Positions 50,901-62,537 of a stretch of 64,000 nt of DNA are shown one piece after another; positions within the stretch are counted from its first letter, which is position 1; each line of letters starts with the position of its first letter. Position numbers and translations under genes: made by a program. The notes beneath the pieces are model-generated. The model saw only the letters and a list, made by a program, of their open reading frames with translations. It did not search any database and had not been told where the DNA came from. The stretch comes from Callorhinchus milii (lineage: Eukaryota), in NCBI RefSeq assembly GCF_018977255.1, contig NW_024704742.1, forward strand, positions 15,564,001 to 15,628,000, in the 5' to 3' direction.

Positions 50901-53900
50901 GTTTTTTAAATCTCTTATGAAGCTTGGCAATGCATTTCTTACTGGAATCTGGGGTGTAGTTATCTGAAGCAAAATGAGGAAGCATGTTCTCACAGCAAAG
51001 TCCCAAGAGGGACAGATGCAGTGAAAAAAATTGTATTCATCTAACTCTAAGTATTTTATGGTGTTTAAAATGTGAATCATCCTACAGGATGGGGAGGTTA
51101 TAGGAATAAACACTCTGAAAGTTACCGCAGGAATATCCTTTGCTATTCCATCAGATCGAATCACACAATTCCTCACAGATTCTCATGATAAACAAAGCAA
51201 AGGTAAGACATTGTGGTACAATGATTTTCTTTGCAACAGCAGGACTTTCTGTCTTTACTTATTGCGAAACCTTGTCCTTTGTAAGAACAAGAATCAAATA
51301 GCAGCATAGATGAGATAAAGTGAACGACTGCAGTTCAGACCACTGGTAAGTACTGGGTAGCCAACTATTTTTAATCACAGGCAGGAAAAAGAAATGGCTT
51401 GAGGGTGAACTTGTTTTTGGAGAGAAAATAGGATGTAATATTAGCAATGTGCCTTGACATTCAGAAATGAGCATTATATTATGTAATTGTGTTTGAGATC
51501 TGAAGAATGATGTTTTGCAAAACTACCCAAAGTACATATCTCAGCACTTTGATGGCATTTGAGCAAATGAGGCAGGAAAGTTCACTTTAAGAAATTATCC
51601 ACATATGTCACCTCTGCTATCCACCTGAATCACCTGAAAACTAAATGTTCTTGATCCAAATATTTATAGATGAAAAAGCCTATGAACAACAACAACAAAT
51701 TCCATTTCGATCGCGCCTTTCACTTCACGAGGACGTCCCAAGACACAAAAGTTCCAGAAATCCCAAAACATGCACTAGACAACTTTTTAAAACATTAGCA
51801 CTTCTGATAGTTTTATTTCCTCTGGCAGATCACAAGTGGAGCTCACTATGTTGAGTTCTTGTTATGTTTTCTGGACAACCTTCGAAGTTCTCTCAGTGCT
51901 CACACTGTAATGACAACAGGCAATCAGATATTGTGGTTGTGTATTTTGAAACACATGGTGAAAAATGTGACATTTCATAACAAAAACAATTATAATTATA
52001 TAGTGCCTTTTATGCTGGGAGAACGTTTATAGGCGCTGTACAGGCCAAGGTTTGTAAATGAGTTAAGGATGAATATATTATTATTGTGTCCCTTTGTTGC
52101 AAAATTTATCATTTACATCATTTCATAGGTACCTGTTCTTAGGCTGGAGCTAACAATGCATTTTATAAGCATTGTAAAATCTTTGTAGTTGTGAAAGGAG
52201 GTCTTTGAACCTGGATGTTTATCAAATGACTTGTCATGCTGTGTATGTTTAATAATTTAAGCCAAACTCATAAATATTACCATTGTAATGAATTAATTCT
52301 AATATAAGCAAGGTTGATCATTATTAATTCAAATCTGTTAAGCAGAGCAAGCATACATCTGACATCAAAACTATTGCAAAAAGGAAAAACAAAAGATAAT
52401 TTTGTATCAAAAGTAAACACTTTCTGAGGCATACAGATTCTTTGCCCTTTCCTTTGAGCTATTGCTGTATGAAATTGGCTGCCACGTTCACCTACAGAAT
52501 ACTCAGTCACTAGACTTTATAGTAAATCCTGCCTAGTGCTTTGAGATATTCTCCGACATGAAAGACACTGTATCAAATGCAATTTTTATGTTTTTTTTCT
52601 TGAATTTACAAGTTAAAGTTACAAGGAAGCGTTACATTGGAGTGAAGATGTTGACCATAACTCCTGAGTAAGTTGATAAGCTTCATTTTCTCTTTTTGCT
52701 TCAGAGATATTCTGTCTGCTAAGTGATGGCTGTTTGCAGCCTTTTGTTTGGCTGAAATATCCTTTCTATGAGGAGCAATTGGGTGATTTCCAGAATATCT
52801 AGGACTATATGTCATGGCTTTATCCTGAGGCTATTGGTGATGATGCTTTATCATGCCACTGTTGCTGGCATCACTATACATGCAGATGCTTTCTGTTCAT
52901 CTAATCTGAAATATCATTTTAGGTTAGATGAACAGTTGTCTACTCATGGTCCAATTTCCTTCTTAAACATGCAATTTGTGCCACTTTTACTGATTTGATG
53001 ATTTGTACTGTCAATATGACAGTAATTTCTATAATTGAATAAGTTACTGGCAGTGATTACTGGCAATTACATGTGGCCTTTTTTTTTGTCAGTCGGGTGT
53101 CTGACCTCATGCGGGAAACCATCAGCATGCTTAAGAGTATCCAAACCAAACTGTGAGTTCCATGCATCCCACCTATATAGGTTAATAATAATCCTTGCAT
53201 TTGATATAGGGCCTTATCACATCTTCGAGATGTCTCAAATCGCTTCACATTATATACTCTACAGTGTATATTTTGTGGGCGAAAATTGCGCACAGCAGTG
53301 ACCCACAAACAGTTGTGGATTGCGTGATCAAATCATTTTTTTAAGAGGTTATTACCCCCAGAAAAGCGACTGCCAATCGACTAACAACCGGGTTCCTACT
53401 TACTCATAAATAAACAGAGACTTGCATGTGGAGTAAGAAAACTTGCCCAATGTTTTGCCCTGCCCGGGAATTGAACCCAGGCCCTCTCGCTTGTGAGGTG
53501 AGTGCTCTAACTACTAAGTTACAGGACCCCAGGTTAAGGCGATTGCAGATGGTGCTGACTGTGAGTGCAGGTGGTGCTGTGCTTTTTAAATAACAAAGAC
53601 AGGAAACTATTAATAATAATAATCCTTGCATTTAATATAGCGCTTATCACGTCGGGAGGACGTACCAAAGCGCTTCACAGAACACACCGTAAAGTGAATT
53701 GACTGTATATTTGTGGGCGAACGCGGCAGCCAATTGCGCACAGCAATGTCCCACAAACAGTCGTAGATTGAAAATGACCTATTTATTGTTGTTTTTTGGT
53801 TTTGGAGGGATTATTATTAGGCGTGTGGAGTAAGGAAACTTACCCAAGGTTTCGCCCTGCCTGGAACTGAACTCAGGTCTCTCACTTGCAAAGGGAGTGC

Positions 53901-56900
53901 TCTAACCACTGAGCTACAGGACTCCATGAACTGGGTTATGATCTATGAGTCTACCATCTTAAAGGAGCAGTCAACCCTTTAAGATATGTGAAGATATGTT
54001 CTTATTTTTTATAATTTACTCACTAATATGTGTATTGCTCTTCAACTCTAACACCATTTCTTAAAATATTTCAAAATGTAGCTGTGCTACTCCCCTGTAA
54101 GAATAACATAAATAAATCCTTATATATTTAGTAGCTAAATCACATGGCATAGCAACTGAACCAAGTAATGCACTCAAGAGTAATGTTCCAAACACTGTCA
54201 CATCTGGTGTGTGGTTTGAGGGTGGGAAAAGTCTTTAGCAAACCTGTTCTATTTTGTTTAATTTTTATGTACTTTAATGAGACAAAATGTAAAGTGTGTG
54301 AGGATGGGAGGATATGGTCCTATGTGCTTTATTGGGTGTGGAAAATATAACAGTTTTTCTTGCTGCTTCCCACCAGCATGGTCATTTTTTTCAGACTCTT
54401 CCAGTTTTGTGAATCTCACACAAATCTTGTAAAGCAACATTTCTAAACTAGATGTCCTGTTTTGAAATTACAAGCAGTGAAATGTTGAATGAGTTTTTTC
54501 AGTTTTCCTTATATGTTTGTTTTATGCTCTCCTTCAGTCTGATGCAAGAATTAAAACAGAGACACCCTGATTTTCCTGACATCAGCACTGGTATCTATAT
54601 ACATGAAGTCATTCCAGACTCTCCAGCACAGAGGTATGTTAAATTAGTTGAGCACTGAAACACAGGCACTCTCCCAACAGCCTCCACCCAGAATACTGGA
54701 ACAGACAAGTGGTAATTAGACAGGCTACGGTTTTGTTATTACAAAACTCAATGGCTAAGATATTCTACTTCCCTTTAACTCTAGTGACTTTGACAACACT
54801 GTATGTGCTTCAAACAGGATTTTCAATAGGAATGTTACTTGATCTGTCAGGTGTCTGATTGATCACCAAGCTTACGAGTATCCAAACCAGACTGACCCAA
54901 ACAAAACGTGGAAACATAACATGAAAATTTTGCTGTCTGGAATGAAATGCATTCTATCCCTGGAGGAACACACCCTACTTACCTAGTTCCAGAGAATATA
55001 CTTCTGGTCTAGTGCCAAGGCTTGGTGACCACTGTGTGTGTGTTGTGGTAGGTTGGAGTTTAACCAGCCAAAACCGCATAGCTTGCCCTTGAGAGCACTG
55101 TGTGGTAAGCTTTCTGCTACTTGTCCAGTTTAGACCAATCTATGCATTAGGCTTTGACTTACAGGGTTAAAACATAAAACTTAATAAGAATAATCCCTGC
55201 TCTCTGTGACAAGAACTGTGCCAGGTTAATTTTTCATTTTTATTGCAATGTACATTTCAGTCAGTCATGATCAAGTTACAACAACAAATTACATTTATTT
55301 AGTACCTTTCATGTAGGGATGGCGTCTCAACGTGCTTCACACAGTCCAAGGTAGGGGAGCTGATATTCTACTAAAGCACCACCTGGTGAAAATACTCCGA
55401 GTAGAAATTTGGTTCAAACTCTGACCTCTATCAGTCCCTTAAAAGTCATGTGATCAATTCTTCAGTCAGATACATACATAGGGTTTCTGATTTTCTGTTT
55501 TAACCGAACCCACACATCCCCCTCCCCCCCTCGATAAAACACCCCGATACAAAAAAAATAGTGTTTACCCAATAAACATAGCAAAATCCCGTAAATTGTT
55601 ACTGGTCCTGATGCGCACTGTGCAAGCATGTGTGAGAGTACCTCTCTTCTGTTGCAGGCGTGACAGCAACTTCCATTAAAAGTAAGTGAAAAACCCTGAT
55701 AAAAACGTTTTAGAACTACAAAAGTGTTAAAAACCCCCCAGAAATATGGATGTTTTAAACCCTGAAAAATAGAAGCCCTATGCATTAGCATGTGGGGGTC
55801 TTGGCATCTTGCACCTAGATGTCTGAACAATTTGTTATAAGTGCAGGATAAGCTATCAGAATGTTAGGTATTGAAGCACTGAAAGAAATACACAAAGTTA
55901 TCAGCTGTGTCCATGGGTAGTTGAAGAAGCCCAAAGATAGTTAGAATGAAGTTCCATTAAAGTGTTTCAGGAATGAAGGTTACATCCTTTAATCAGAAAT
56001 GGTTTGGCCACAGAGAACAGACTCAAATATCGTGCCATCTCTGCTGTGACTTTGGCTTTACTGATAGTGCACTTTATCCATGGGTAAATGAGCTCAGTGC
56101 TAAAGAAAGTGAGGGAAATTAGAGAGAATAGACCTTTATTGTTGTGAGTGAAGAGAAATTCAAGCTTGCCCATGACAGCCAAGGGTGTCTATTGTGCTAA
56201 CAAATAGGAAATTGTCAAGGTAACGAAAAGCTGAATAGCTGTTTGATCTGCACTGTGATGTGGAATTTGAGAAATGTGTCGAGTGCCTCAAAGGGTGAAC
56301 AGAAAATTGAATCTCATGGGTACAAACTCACTGAGGTACTGTAGAGAGAAGCTCAAAACCAGAAACTTCAAAGTTAAGAATTATTTGAGCTGGTGAGTAA
56401 GTGACGGGGACAGGGTGGAAAGAAGAGCAGAGGATACAATATCATTTATGGGATACAAGGTCACCTTAGCCTAAGAACTGCAGCAACAGGACTGCACAGT
56501 GATATCAATTTTGGCAAGAGAAAGCATGGAAATAAGATGCTTAATTAAGGCCATTCAGAGCTTTCTCTTGAGAAATAACAAATGAGTCATTACTTCTGTT
56601 TTCTTTTGTGCTTCAAGTTACACAACGAACTATATTTGCGAACAGATCTGATGTTATTACACTGATGGAAGAAAGTCTGTGTCCTGGATAGCCTCTTGAA
56701 AAGTTTTCTTATTGAAGCTTTTCAATTGAACAATGTGACATTAACAGAAAGGAGTACTTAACTGCAGTGGATGTCGAGGGAGCAAAGGAATAATGATAAT
56801 AATCCTTGTATTTGGCATATTATCTTATCACATTGGAAGCACGTCCCAAAGCACTTCACAACAATTACTATGGAGTGATGGTGTATTTGTAGGCAAAAAA

Positions 56901-57804
56901 CAGCAGCACAATTGTGTACAGCAATGTCACACAAACAGCCATGAAATGAATGATCAATTTTATTTGGGAGGATTGTTGCCCAAAACACACTGGCTTCTCT
57001 TTCGAATAGTGCCATGTGATCTTTAACGTCCACCTGAACAGGCAGGCGGGACTTCGGTTTAATGTCTCATCTGGAGGATGGCACCTCTGACAATACAACA
57101 AACCCCCAGCAATGCATTGGTATGTCGCCTTAGATTATGTGAGTTCAAGTCCCAACATGGGATTCAAACTCACAACCTTCTGACTCAGAGGAGATTGTGT
57201 CACCACTGAGCCAAGCTGAATAGGGTCTGAGAGTTGTCTGGAGCAAGAATTAGAAGTCTTCACAAACGCATCAGAATGAGAATAGCTAGAAATTCCTGTT
57301 TGTTTATCTGGTGTAAAAATACATGTTGCCTTATTTGGTAAATGCAACATCTTAGAAATCGGAGTGCAGGAGACCATTCAACCCATCGGGTCTGCACAGA
57401 GCAAGGAGGTCAATTCAAACAATTCCTGTGCTGTACAATTCATGCACAATACATAAGTCTACCTGATGAATGTTGGAATACTTAAAGCTTTCATTTACTC
57501 TTTATTTCAATATTAATGTAGGGAGCCTTGCCTTTGTAATGAATGTGCCATCGTGGTTGGGAAATCATTTAAAAAAAAACCTGCAATGTATGTTTAAAGT
57601 AATGCTTTAATGTTTAACCATTTCTTTACCTTGTCCAGGGGTGGAATCGAAGATGGGGACATCATTGTCAAGGTAAATGGACGACCCCTAAGGACGACAA
57701 ATGATCTACAGGACGCAGTGATGAATGAATCTCCGTTGCTCTTTGAAGTTCGCAGGGGAAATGATGATATACTTTTTAACATTGAACCTGATATAATTAT
57801 GTGA
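38534..57804 (+). CDS. HTRA3: Serine protease HTRA3; join(38534..38972,47011..47110,48294..48519,49141..49335,50543..50575,51088..51202,52613..52667,54538..54633,57639..57804), 474 aa
   Basis: Nine GT-AG exons sum to 1425 nt in one frame. HTRA3-type strings [54 protein letters not shown] and [14 protein letters not shown] are present. Triad motifs TNAHV, DKKSDIA and GNSGG are intact. The ACOX3 neighbour supports orthology. Confidence 0.95.
39060..39370 (+). mobile_element. 5'-truncated SINE (variant B) plus a second tail copy, start of HTRA3 intron 1
   Basis: aatccctccaaaacc..gggacgtcctcccgacgtgaaaagcactatatcaaatgcaagg(ATT)n followed by a repeated tail. Confidence 0.85.
41788..42465 (-). mobile_element. 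L2 3' fragment in HTRA3 intron 1
   Basis: [32 protein letters not shown]; (CAA)n tail. Confidence 0.88.
43818..44183 (-). mobile_element. Full-length SINE, family A, HTRA3 intron 1
   Basis: Same head, body and (ATT)n tail as 21334-21702. Confidence 0.9.
47011..47110 (+). CDS. HTRA3: HTRA3 exon 2
   Basis: [34 protein letters not shown]; acceptor tatAG, donor GTAAGT. Confidence 0.95.
48294..48519 (+). CDS. HTRA3: HTRA3 exon 3 (catalytic His and Asp)
   Basis: [31 protein letters not shown]...[16 protein letters not shown]; acceptor cacAG, donor GTAAGC. Confidence 0.96.
49141..49335 (+). CDS. HTRA3: HTRA3 exon 4
   Basis: [39 protein letters not shown]...QTDAIIN; acceptor ttgcAG, donor GTAAGT. 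Confidence 0.96.
50543..50575 (+). CDS. HTRA3: HTRA3 exon 5 (33 nt, catalytic Ser)
   Basis: [11 protein letters not shown]; acceptor tgaAG, donor GTAAGT. Confidence 0.95.
51088..51202 (+). CDS. HTRA3: HTRA3 exon 6
   Basis: [38 protein letters not shown]; acceptor tacAG, donor GTAAGA. Confidence 0.96.
52613..52667 (+). CDS. HTRA3: HTRA3 exon 7 (PDZ carboxylate-binding loop)
   Basis: [20 protein letters not shown]-rich tract then acaAG, donor GTAAGT; phases bridge exons 6 and 8. Confidence 0.92.
53183..53925 (-). mobile_element. Two tandem full-length SINEs (family A about 53183-53530; short-body variant B about 53610-53925)
   Basis: Two tRNA-like heads and two (ATT)n tails. The second copy lacks the ctgtttac..gcttttcc middle segment. 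Confidence 0.88.
54538..54633 (+). CDS. HTRA3: HTRA3 exon 8 (PDZ)
   Basis: [32 protein letters not shown]; acceptor cttcAG, donor GTATGT. Confidence 0.95.
55479..55780. mobile_element. hAT-like MITE in HTRA3 intron 8
   Basis: Ends TAGGGTTTCTGATTTTC and GAAAAATAGAAGCCCTA are imperfect inverted repeats, with internal AAACCC/AATCCC motifs. An 8-bp TSD is poorly preserved. Confidence 0.5.
56790..57220 (-). mobile_element. Full-length older Deu-like SINE in HTRA3 intron 8
   Basis: Minus strand: cagcttggctcagtggtgacac..tctgagtcagaaggttgtg head, Deu-like core, ..caaatacaaggattatt tail. Confidence 0.8.
57639..57804 (+). CDS. HTRA3: HTRA3 exon 9 (PDZ end and stop)
   Basis: [54 protein letters not shown]; acceptor tccAG. 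Confidence 0.95.
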
Positions 57805-59815
57805 TTGAAAAACAGCAAATGTAATTAACCCTTTCCAGTCTCAAAATGCTGTGACTACTGTTGACTCTGTAAAGGATGCACTCACTCTGCATCAAGCTCC
57901 CGAAACAGATGTTACAGTGAAGTAAGACAGTTGCTTATAATCTATCTTCACTTATAGATAACTCTTACCCCTCATTGAGTCCAGCTCAGACATGGGTTGA
58001 TAAATATCACCCCACTTTAAAATCTGTAAAACTCACAACTGAAGTATGTGTGCCTTGCTATCTCACACCTTCAGTGGTCATGAACCTATTGGATTTGTGC
58101 CAATTTTTGGGATACTTGAGTTATATTTTGAGGGAACAATATTGTTACTTATTATAGTGAAGAGGACTTTGCTTTAGCTCTTATCTTCAGACGATACTGG
58201 GGGTCACTAAATACAAAGTGGACAATGTTCCATATTGATGTTTCTTTATGGAGAAAAACAAACGTTAACTGTTGAACATTAATATAGAGAAGCTTAATGA
58301 CTGTAACATCAAAAGATGCTACAGTATATTGACCAAATAGTTACTAATGTAGTAGACTCACAGGCTGTAAAGGGTTAAAATCATCTTCCTCAGGCAAGTA
58401 ACAGATTGAGAAAGGAACAGTATTATGAAGTGTTTTTGTACTGTATTAAAGTGCTATTAGAATTTTTGAAGTTATTTTAGTTATAACTAAGACAGTTTGG
58501 TTTTGTACACCAAAGACTGCCACTCATATTGAGCATGTGGCGTATTTGTAACCTTTCAATCATGAAAAAGCATGTTGTAGAAATGCTACTATGAAAAGGC
58601 ATATTTTCCAATATGACACAGCAATAACATGACAGATTTGTGTTTTTTTGCAAACACATACTTTGGGACATTAAATTACTCTAAAATTACAACACTGCCT
58701 CGAGTTCTCTTTATTCACAATCTGAAGATTGTAATTTTGATTCAAAATGGACTTTGCCAGTTTGTATAAGGACTATATCCCTTTGACGTTTTCTCTGTTT
58801 GATCTTTATTCCCCTCAGTGACTACGCATTTAATGTCCATTCAGTATTGTAGATAGGGAATGAAAATTTAACTGTCATGATTGAGATTGATAACTTCCCA
58901 GCTATGAGAAAATACCCACAAATTATCTGCAATGTTGCTTTGTACCAGCACAGAGGTTTTTTTGGGGAAATTCTTTAAAGTGATGCTCAATGATGTTGAT
59001 CAGCTGCATTACACCAGTGAGTAAAGTATATTTTGAATATGACAAAGTAACATATTCACAAAATTCAAGTAAGGCTGATGATGAGCAAGGTTTGTTTTAA
59101 TACAACAAACTTTGTGCCACCGAAAAGTAGGGCCTTTCACTCAGTAGACTTTTCCACTGTGAGCCAACAAAGTGTACAAGTTTAATAGTCTAATCATATC
59201 TTTGCCATCTGTAAAATTAATGCTGTTGAAATGGTTACTTCATTTACGGGTAATTACAGGATTGTTTAGCCTATGGAATTCTGGAGTACAATCCACCCTG
59301 GGCGACATTAAAGCTGGTGTGATCACAATCAGTTTAAAAAAGAATTTAGTTCATTCTTTTATGCTGTTGATAAGAGTTAAACAAGCTGGCCACCATTGAC
59401 CAGACATAAACATACGTTTGTCTACTTCAGACATAGTTCGCATTGGAGTATGATGCTGGGCCCTGAACTTCTTCACCACAGACCTTAGGCTCATTTTGGA
59501 TTGTCCTTTCATGATAGTCGGTGTGTAATACGCGGGTTGGGTTAACATGTGTGAGTGTATGTGTGCAGAGAGAATTATGTGACCGGTGCCTTTAATTATA
59601 GAATTAACAATCAATGGAAAGGGTTGCAGGTGATTCTAAGGTCATTGCAATATCGAAGTCACAATGGCTTTAAAAGAAAATACACAAAATCTAGCAATGA
59701 CAAACAACTAAATACCATAACACTGTGAACAAAGTTATTTTTCTTGCCTTTATTAAAATCTCCCTTGAAGGTGTTAACATATACTGATGTTTGGTCCTGC
59801 AGACACGATCATTCG

Positions 59816-60180
59816 TGGAGTCCTGTAGCTTAGTGGTTAGAGAACTCGTCTTGCAAGCGAGAGACCTGGGTTTGATTGGTGTTAGGGCGAAATATTAGGC
59901 AAGTTTCTCACTCCACATGCCTGTTTACCCAGCAGTAAGTAGGAACCTGGTTGTTAGTCGATTAGTGGATTGCTTTTCCGGGGGTAATGATTCCTTAAAA
60001 AAAATTGGTCACTTCAATACACAACACTTTGTGGGACACTGCTGTGCGCAATTTGCTACTGCGTTTCGCCCACAAAATATACAGTCAATTCACTTTATTC
60101 ACATATTCTGTGAAGCACCTTGAGGCGTCCCGAAGACGTGATAAGGCACTATATCAAATGCAAGGATTATTATTATTATT
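59816..60180 (+). mobile_element. Full-length SINE, family A, between HTRA3 and ACOX3
   Basis: GGAGTCCTGTAGCTTAGTGGTTAGAG...tatcaaatgcaaggattattattattatt. Confidence 0.9.
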
Positions 60181-60592
60181 CAGTAAACTGCTAGTAACCA
60201 TTTTTAACATGGAATCCTGAGTTCACCTGACATTCATTGTGTTAATGTAAAACAATTTGGAAAATTCTGCAGCTTTTTTCGATATATTACTGTGGTGAAA
60301 CCCGGTGGTGTATAATCGTCAGGGAGAATTAGTTTAGCAGTGGTTTGGGAAGGGTTGCTGTAAAATCATCAGAGAGGTTCAGTACAGAACAATTACATTT
60401 GGTTAGTGCTGCATTGGCTATGTGTTTGGAACTGACGTATATTTGAAACATTTGGGAACAATGTTTAAAGTCTTAGATAGGAAAATATACACATACTTTA
60501 AGGTGAATTAGCTAAAGCCACTTTAACATAATTTTATCTTTACGTATTTTTCTAAAAGCTGTATGCAAAAATAACAATTATGTATCCAAACT

Positions 60593-60677
60593 TTTATTTT
60601 TAATCAAATTACTTTGAACAAGGAGCAAATCTAAAGACAAACATTCATGAGCAAATACATATTTCAGCAAATTTATT
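60593..60677 (-). terminator. Candidate ACOX3 polyadenylation signals
   Basis: TTTATT (AATAAA on minus) at 60672-60677 and 60593-60598, with others at about 60999 and 59749. The used site cannot be determined. Confidence 0.4.
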
Positions 60678-61221
60678 TTAACTTTTCATTTTCAAATTCA
60701 CATCATTCTTTCTTATGATTCACAAACAGTGGAATATGGGTAACAATGAACGACAAGCAATGCTGTATAAGAATTTAAGATATGTCAATGCATCTCAAGG
60801 AATAAGGCTACTTCAACTCACCTTACACTCAATTCACTGAGTGAAGTTCAACAGCAAACATCATTAGTACATTCACAGTTCTGCTCCCATTTGAGCCACT
60901 ACCTGTTTAACTGTTGCCTTGGCACTTTACCAGAATAGCAAATTCGATGGCATATTCAAACATAGCAGAAACCTTGCAATTACTCCTCTGAAGGATGATT
61001 TATTGATTCCCTGTCATGTACTGAAAATTGCATGTTTTCAATTCAGTTTCACTCAAATCATTCATTGTTTGAACATAAACTCTTCATGTAAATTCTTGCA
61101 AAGGAATGACAATTTGTTTGAGAATAATTCTACGCAGCATTAACTGAAAGTCACAGATGATATGGTTCAGAGATTGGTCATAACTCCAGGTGTATTTACG
61201 TGCTTTCAGAAGGTGGCTGAA

Positions 61222-61341
61222 TCAGAGTTTTGACCTCAGGCTATTGACAGAAGGTTTGTTGACACAAAATTCTGCCCACCACGATGGTCTCTCAAGTACC
61301 GACTTTCCCTGAAGAACTGCTGTCCACAGGTTTTTATGTAT
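61222..61341 (-). CDS. ACOX3: ACOX3 last coding exon ending in PTS1 (SKL)
   Basis: Minus strand: ctttac[44 protein letters not shown]. The rest of the gene lies beyond the right edge of the window. Confidence 0.94.
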   Translation of the reverse strand: MHKNLWTAVLQGKSVLERPSWWAEFCVNKPSVNSLRSKL

Positions 61342-61582
61342 CTGTAAAGACAGAAAAAGCAATTAATCTGTTTTGCTCTTCCCAAGAATGAAACTCAAAA
61401 GAGAATCCACAGAAGAATAAAGCTAAAATGTGTATGTCTAGGATATGAGTGTTTTTTTTAAATCCATGCACTGAATCATACAATATATACAATATATTAT
61501 ATATACACATACATGTATATCTTTTCAGCAAGAGTTTAATTCTATTATTCAATAAGAAGGAAATTCTTTAAAAAATCACATT

Positions 61583-61623
61583 TTATTCTCTAACTAAGAA
61601 CATGGTTCTTAGTTAGAGAATAA
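61583..61623. repeat. Perfect inverted repeat, 19-bp arms, 3-nt spacer
   Basis: TTATTCTCTAACTAAGAAC-ATG-GTTCTTAGTTAGAGAATAA. Confidence 0.95.
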
Positions 61624-61689
61624 TAACAACTTGTCACCAAAGTGTTTATTACATTGCTTCCTTTCTGCCAAGTTTTCCACTCCAATTTT

Positions 61690-62110
61690 CATCCATTTTT
61701 AAAGATGCTTGACTGCTTTCCTTCTCCCTTCTACTGGAATAAAATTCCACAGATGCCCTCCGAGCCCTAACCCAGTGTCGGTGAGTATTTGGAGCCCTGC
61801 GTGATTTTCTCATTCCCTCAATTCTTAATTTCCTGACATATTAAACATGCTTCTCTTGACATTTCAACCCTTTATCGCAGTGAAAAACTTGACTGGATTG
61901 TTTCTTTTAACTGTTAATTCCCTTCACAATCTAGAAACATCAATTATGTCACCACAAAGTTTCCTCTTTTCCAAAGATAACAAGCCCAACATTCTTCACT
62001 TGTTCCATAAGCTCATTTCTGAATTCTCTCCAGGGTGGCGATATATTTGCTTTGAACTTAAGGCCTGAACTGCACTCAATACTCCTGATGGGCGGGTCTC
62101 ACAACAGACC
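61690..62110 (-). mobile_element. Old CR1 3' fragment in the ACOX3 last intron
   Basis: Plus-strand ttccacaga..ctcttttccaaaga..aactgcactcaatactcc parallels the CR1 at 6800-7170. Confidence 0.55.
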
Positions 62111-62450
62111 AGCAAATGTATTTGTATCTTGCATCTTGTAAGTATGACATTTTTAGAGGACCAACAGCTTTTCTACCAATGTTAAAATCACACCTTGGAA
62201 TACTCAACAACTGCTCTGATTCATTCCTTATTTTCTAGGTTGATATGTTGACAAGCTATGAAATTCCTGATGGAGTTGCTAGCATTCCTTCTTGTGAATT
62301 TAAATTCCTTAGTGATCAGCACATTAGTGAGTGCATTGTTGTGTCAGAAATCTTGCATGAGCTCTTCCTTAAGGTAACCTATGAAGAGTTAAGAAGGCAC
62401 AGAACAGAATACCGTGGAAAATGAAGAAATTAAACCAAGACTTGCAGTAC

Positions 62451-62537
62451 CTCGCCATCAGCTTTTCCAATAGGTGAATTCAAAATAAAGTCAGGAGGAG
62501 CAATGACATCCACCAAAGCCACTGCATCATTCTTCAA
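62451..62537 (-). CDS. ACOX3: Peroxisomal acyl-CoA oxidase 3, penultimate coding exon
   Basis: Minus strand: tac[31 protein letters not shown]|GTactg, close to the remembered human ACOX3 [29 protein letters not shown]. Confidence 0.94.

Noticed and set aside
38534..57804. HTRA1 or HTRA4 identity
   Set aside because: Diagnostic residues ([33 protein letters not shown]) and the ACOX3 neighbour indicate HTRA3.
59816..59890. tRNA-like sequences at SINE heads (also about 21630-21702, 31142, 44110-44183, 53850-53925)
   Set aside because: Each is fused to a SINE body and tail and is degenerate, so none is called as a tRNA gene.
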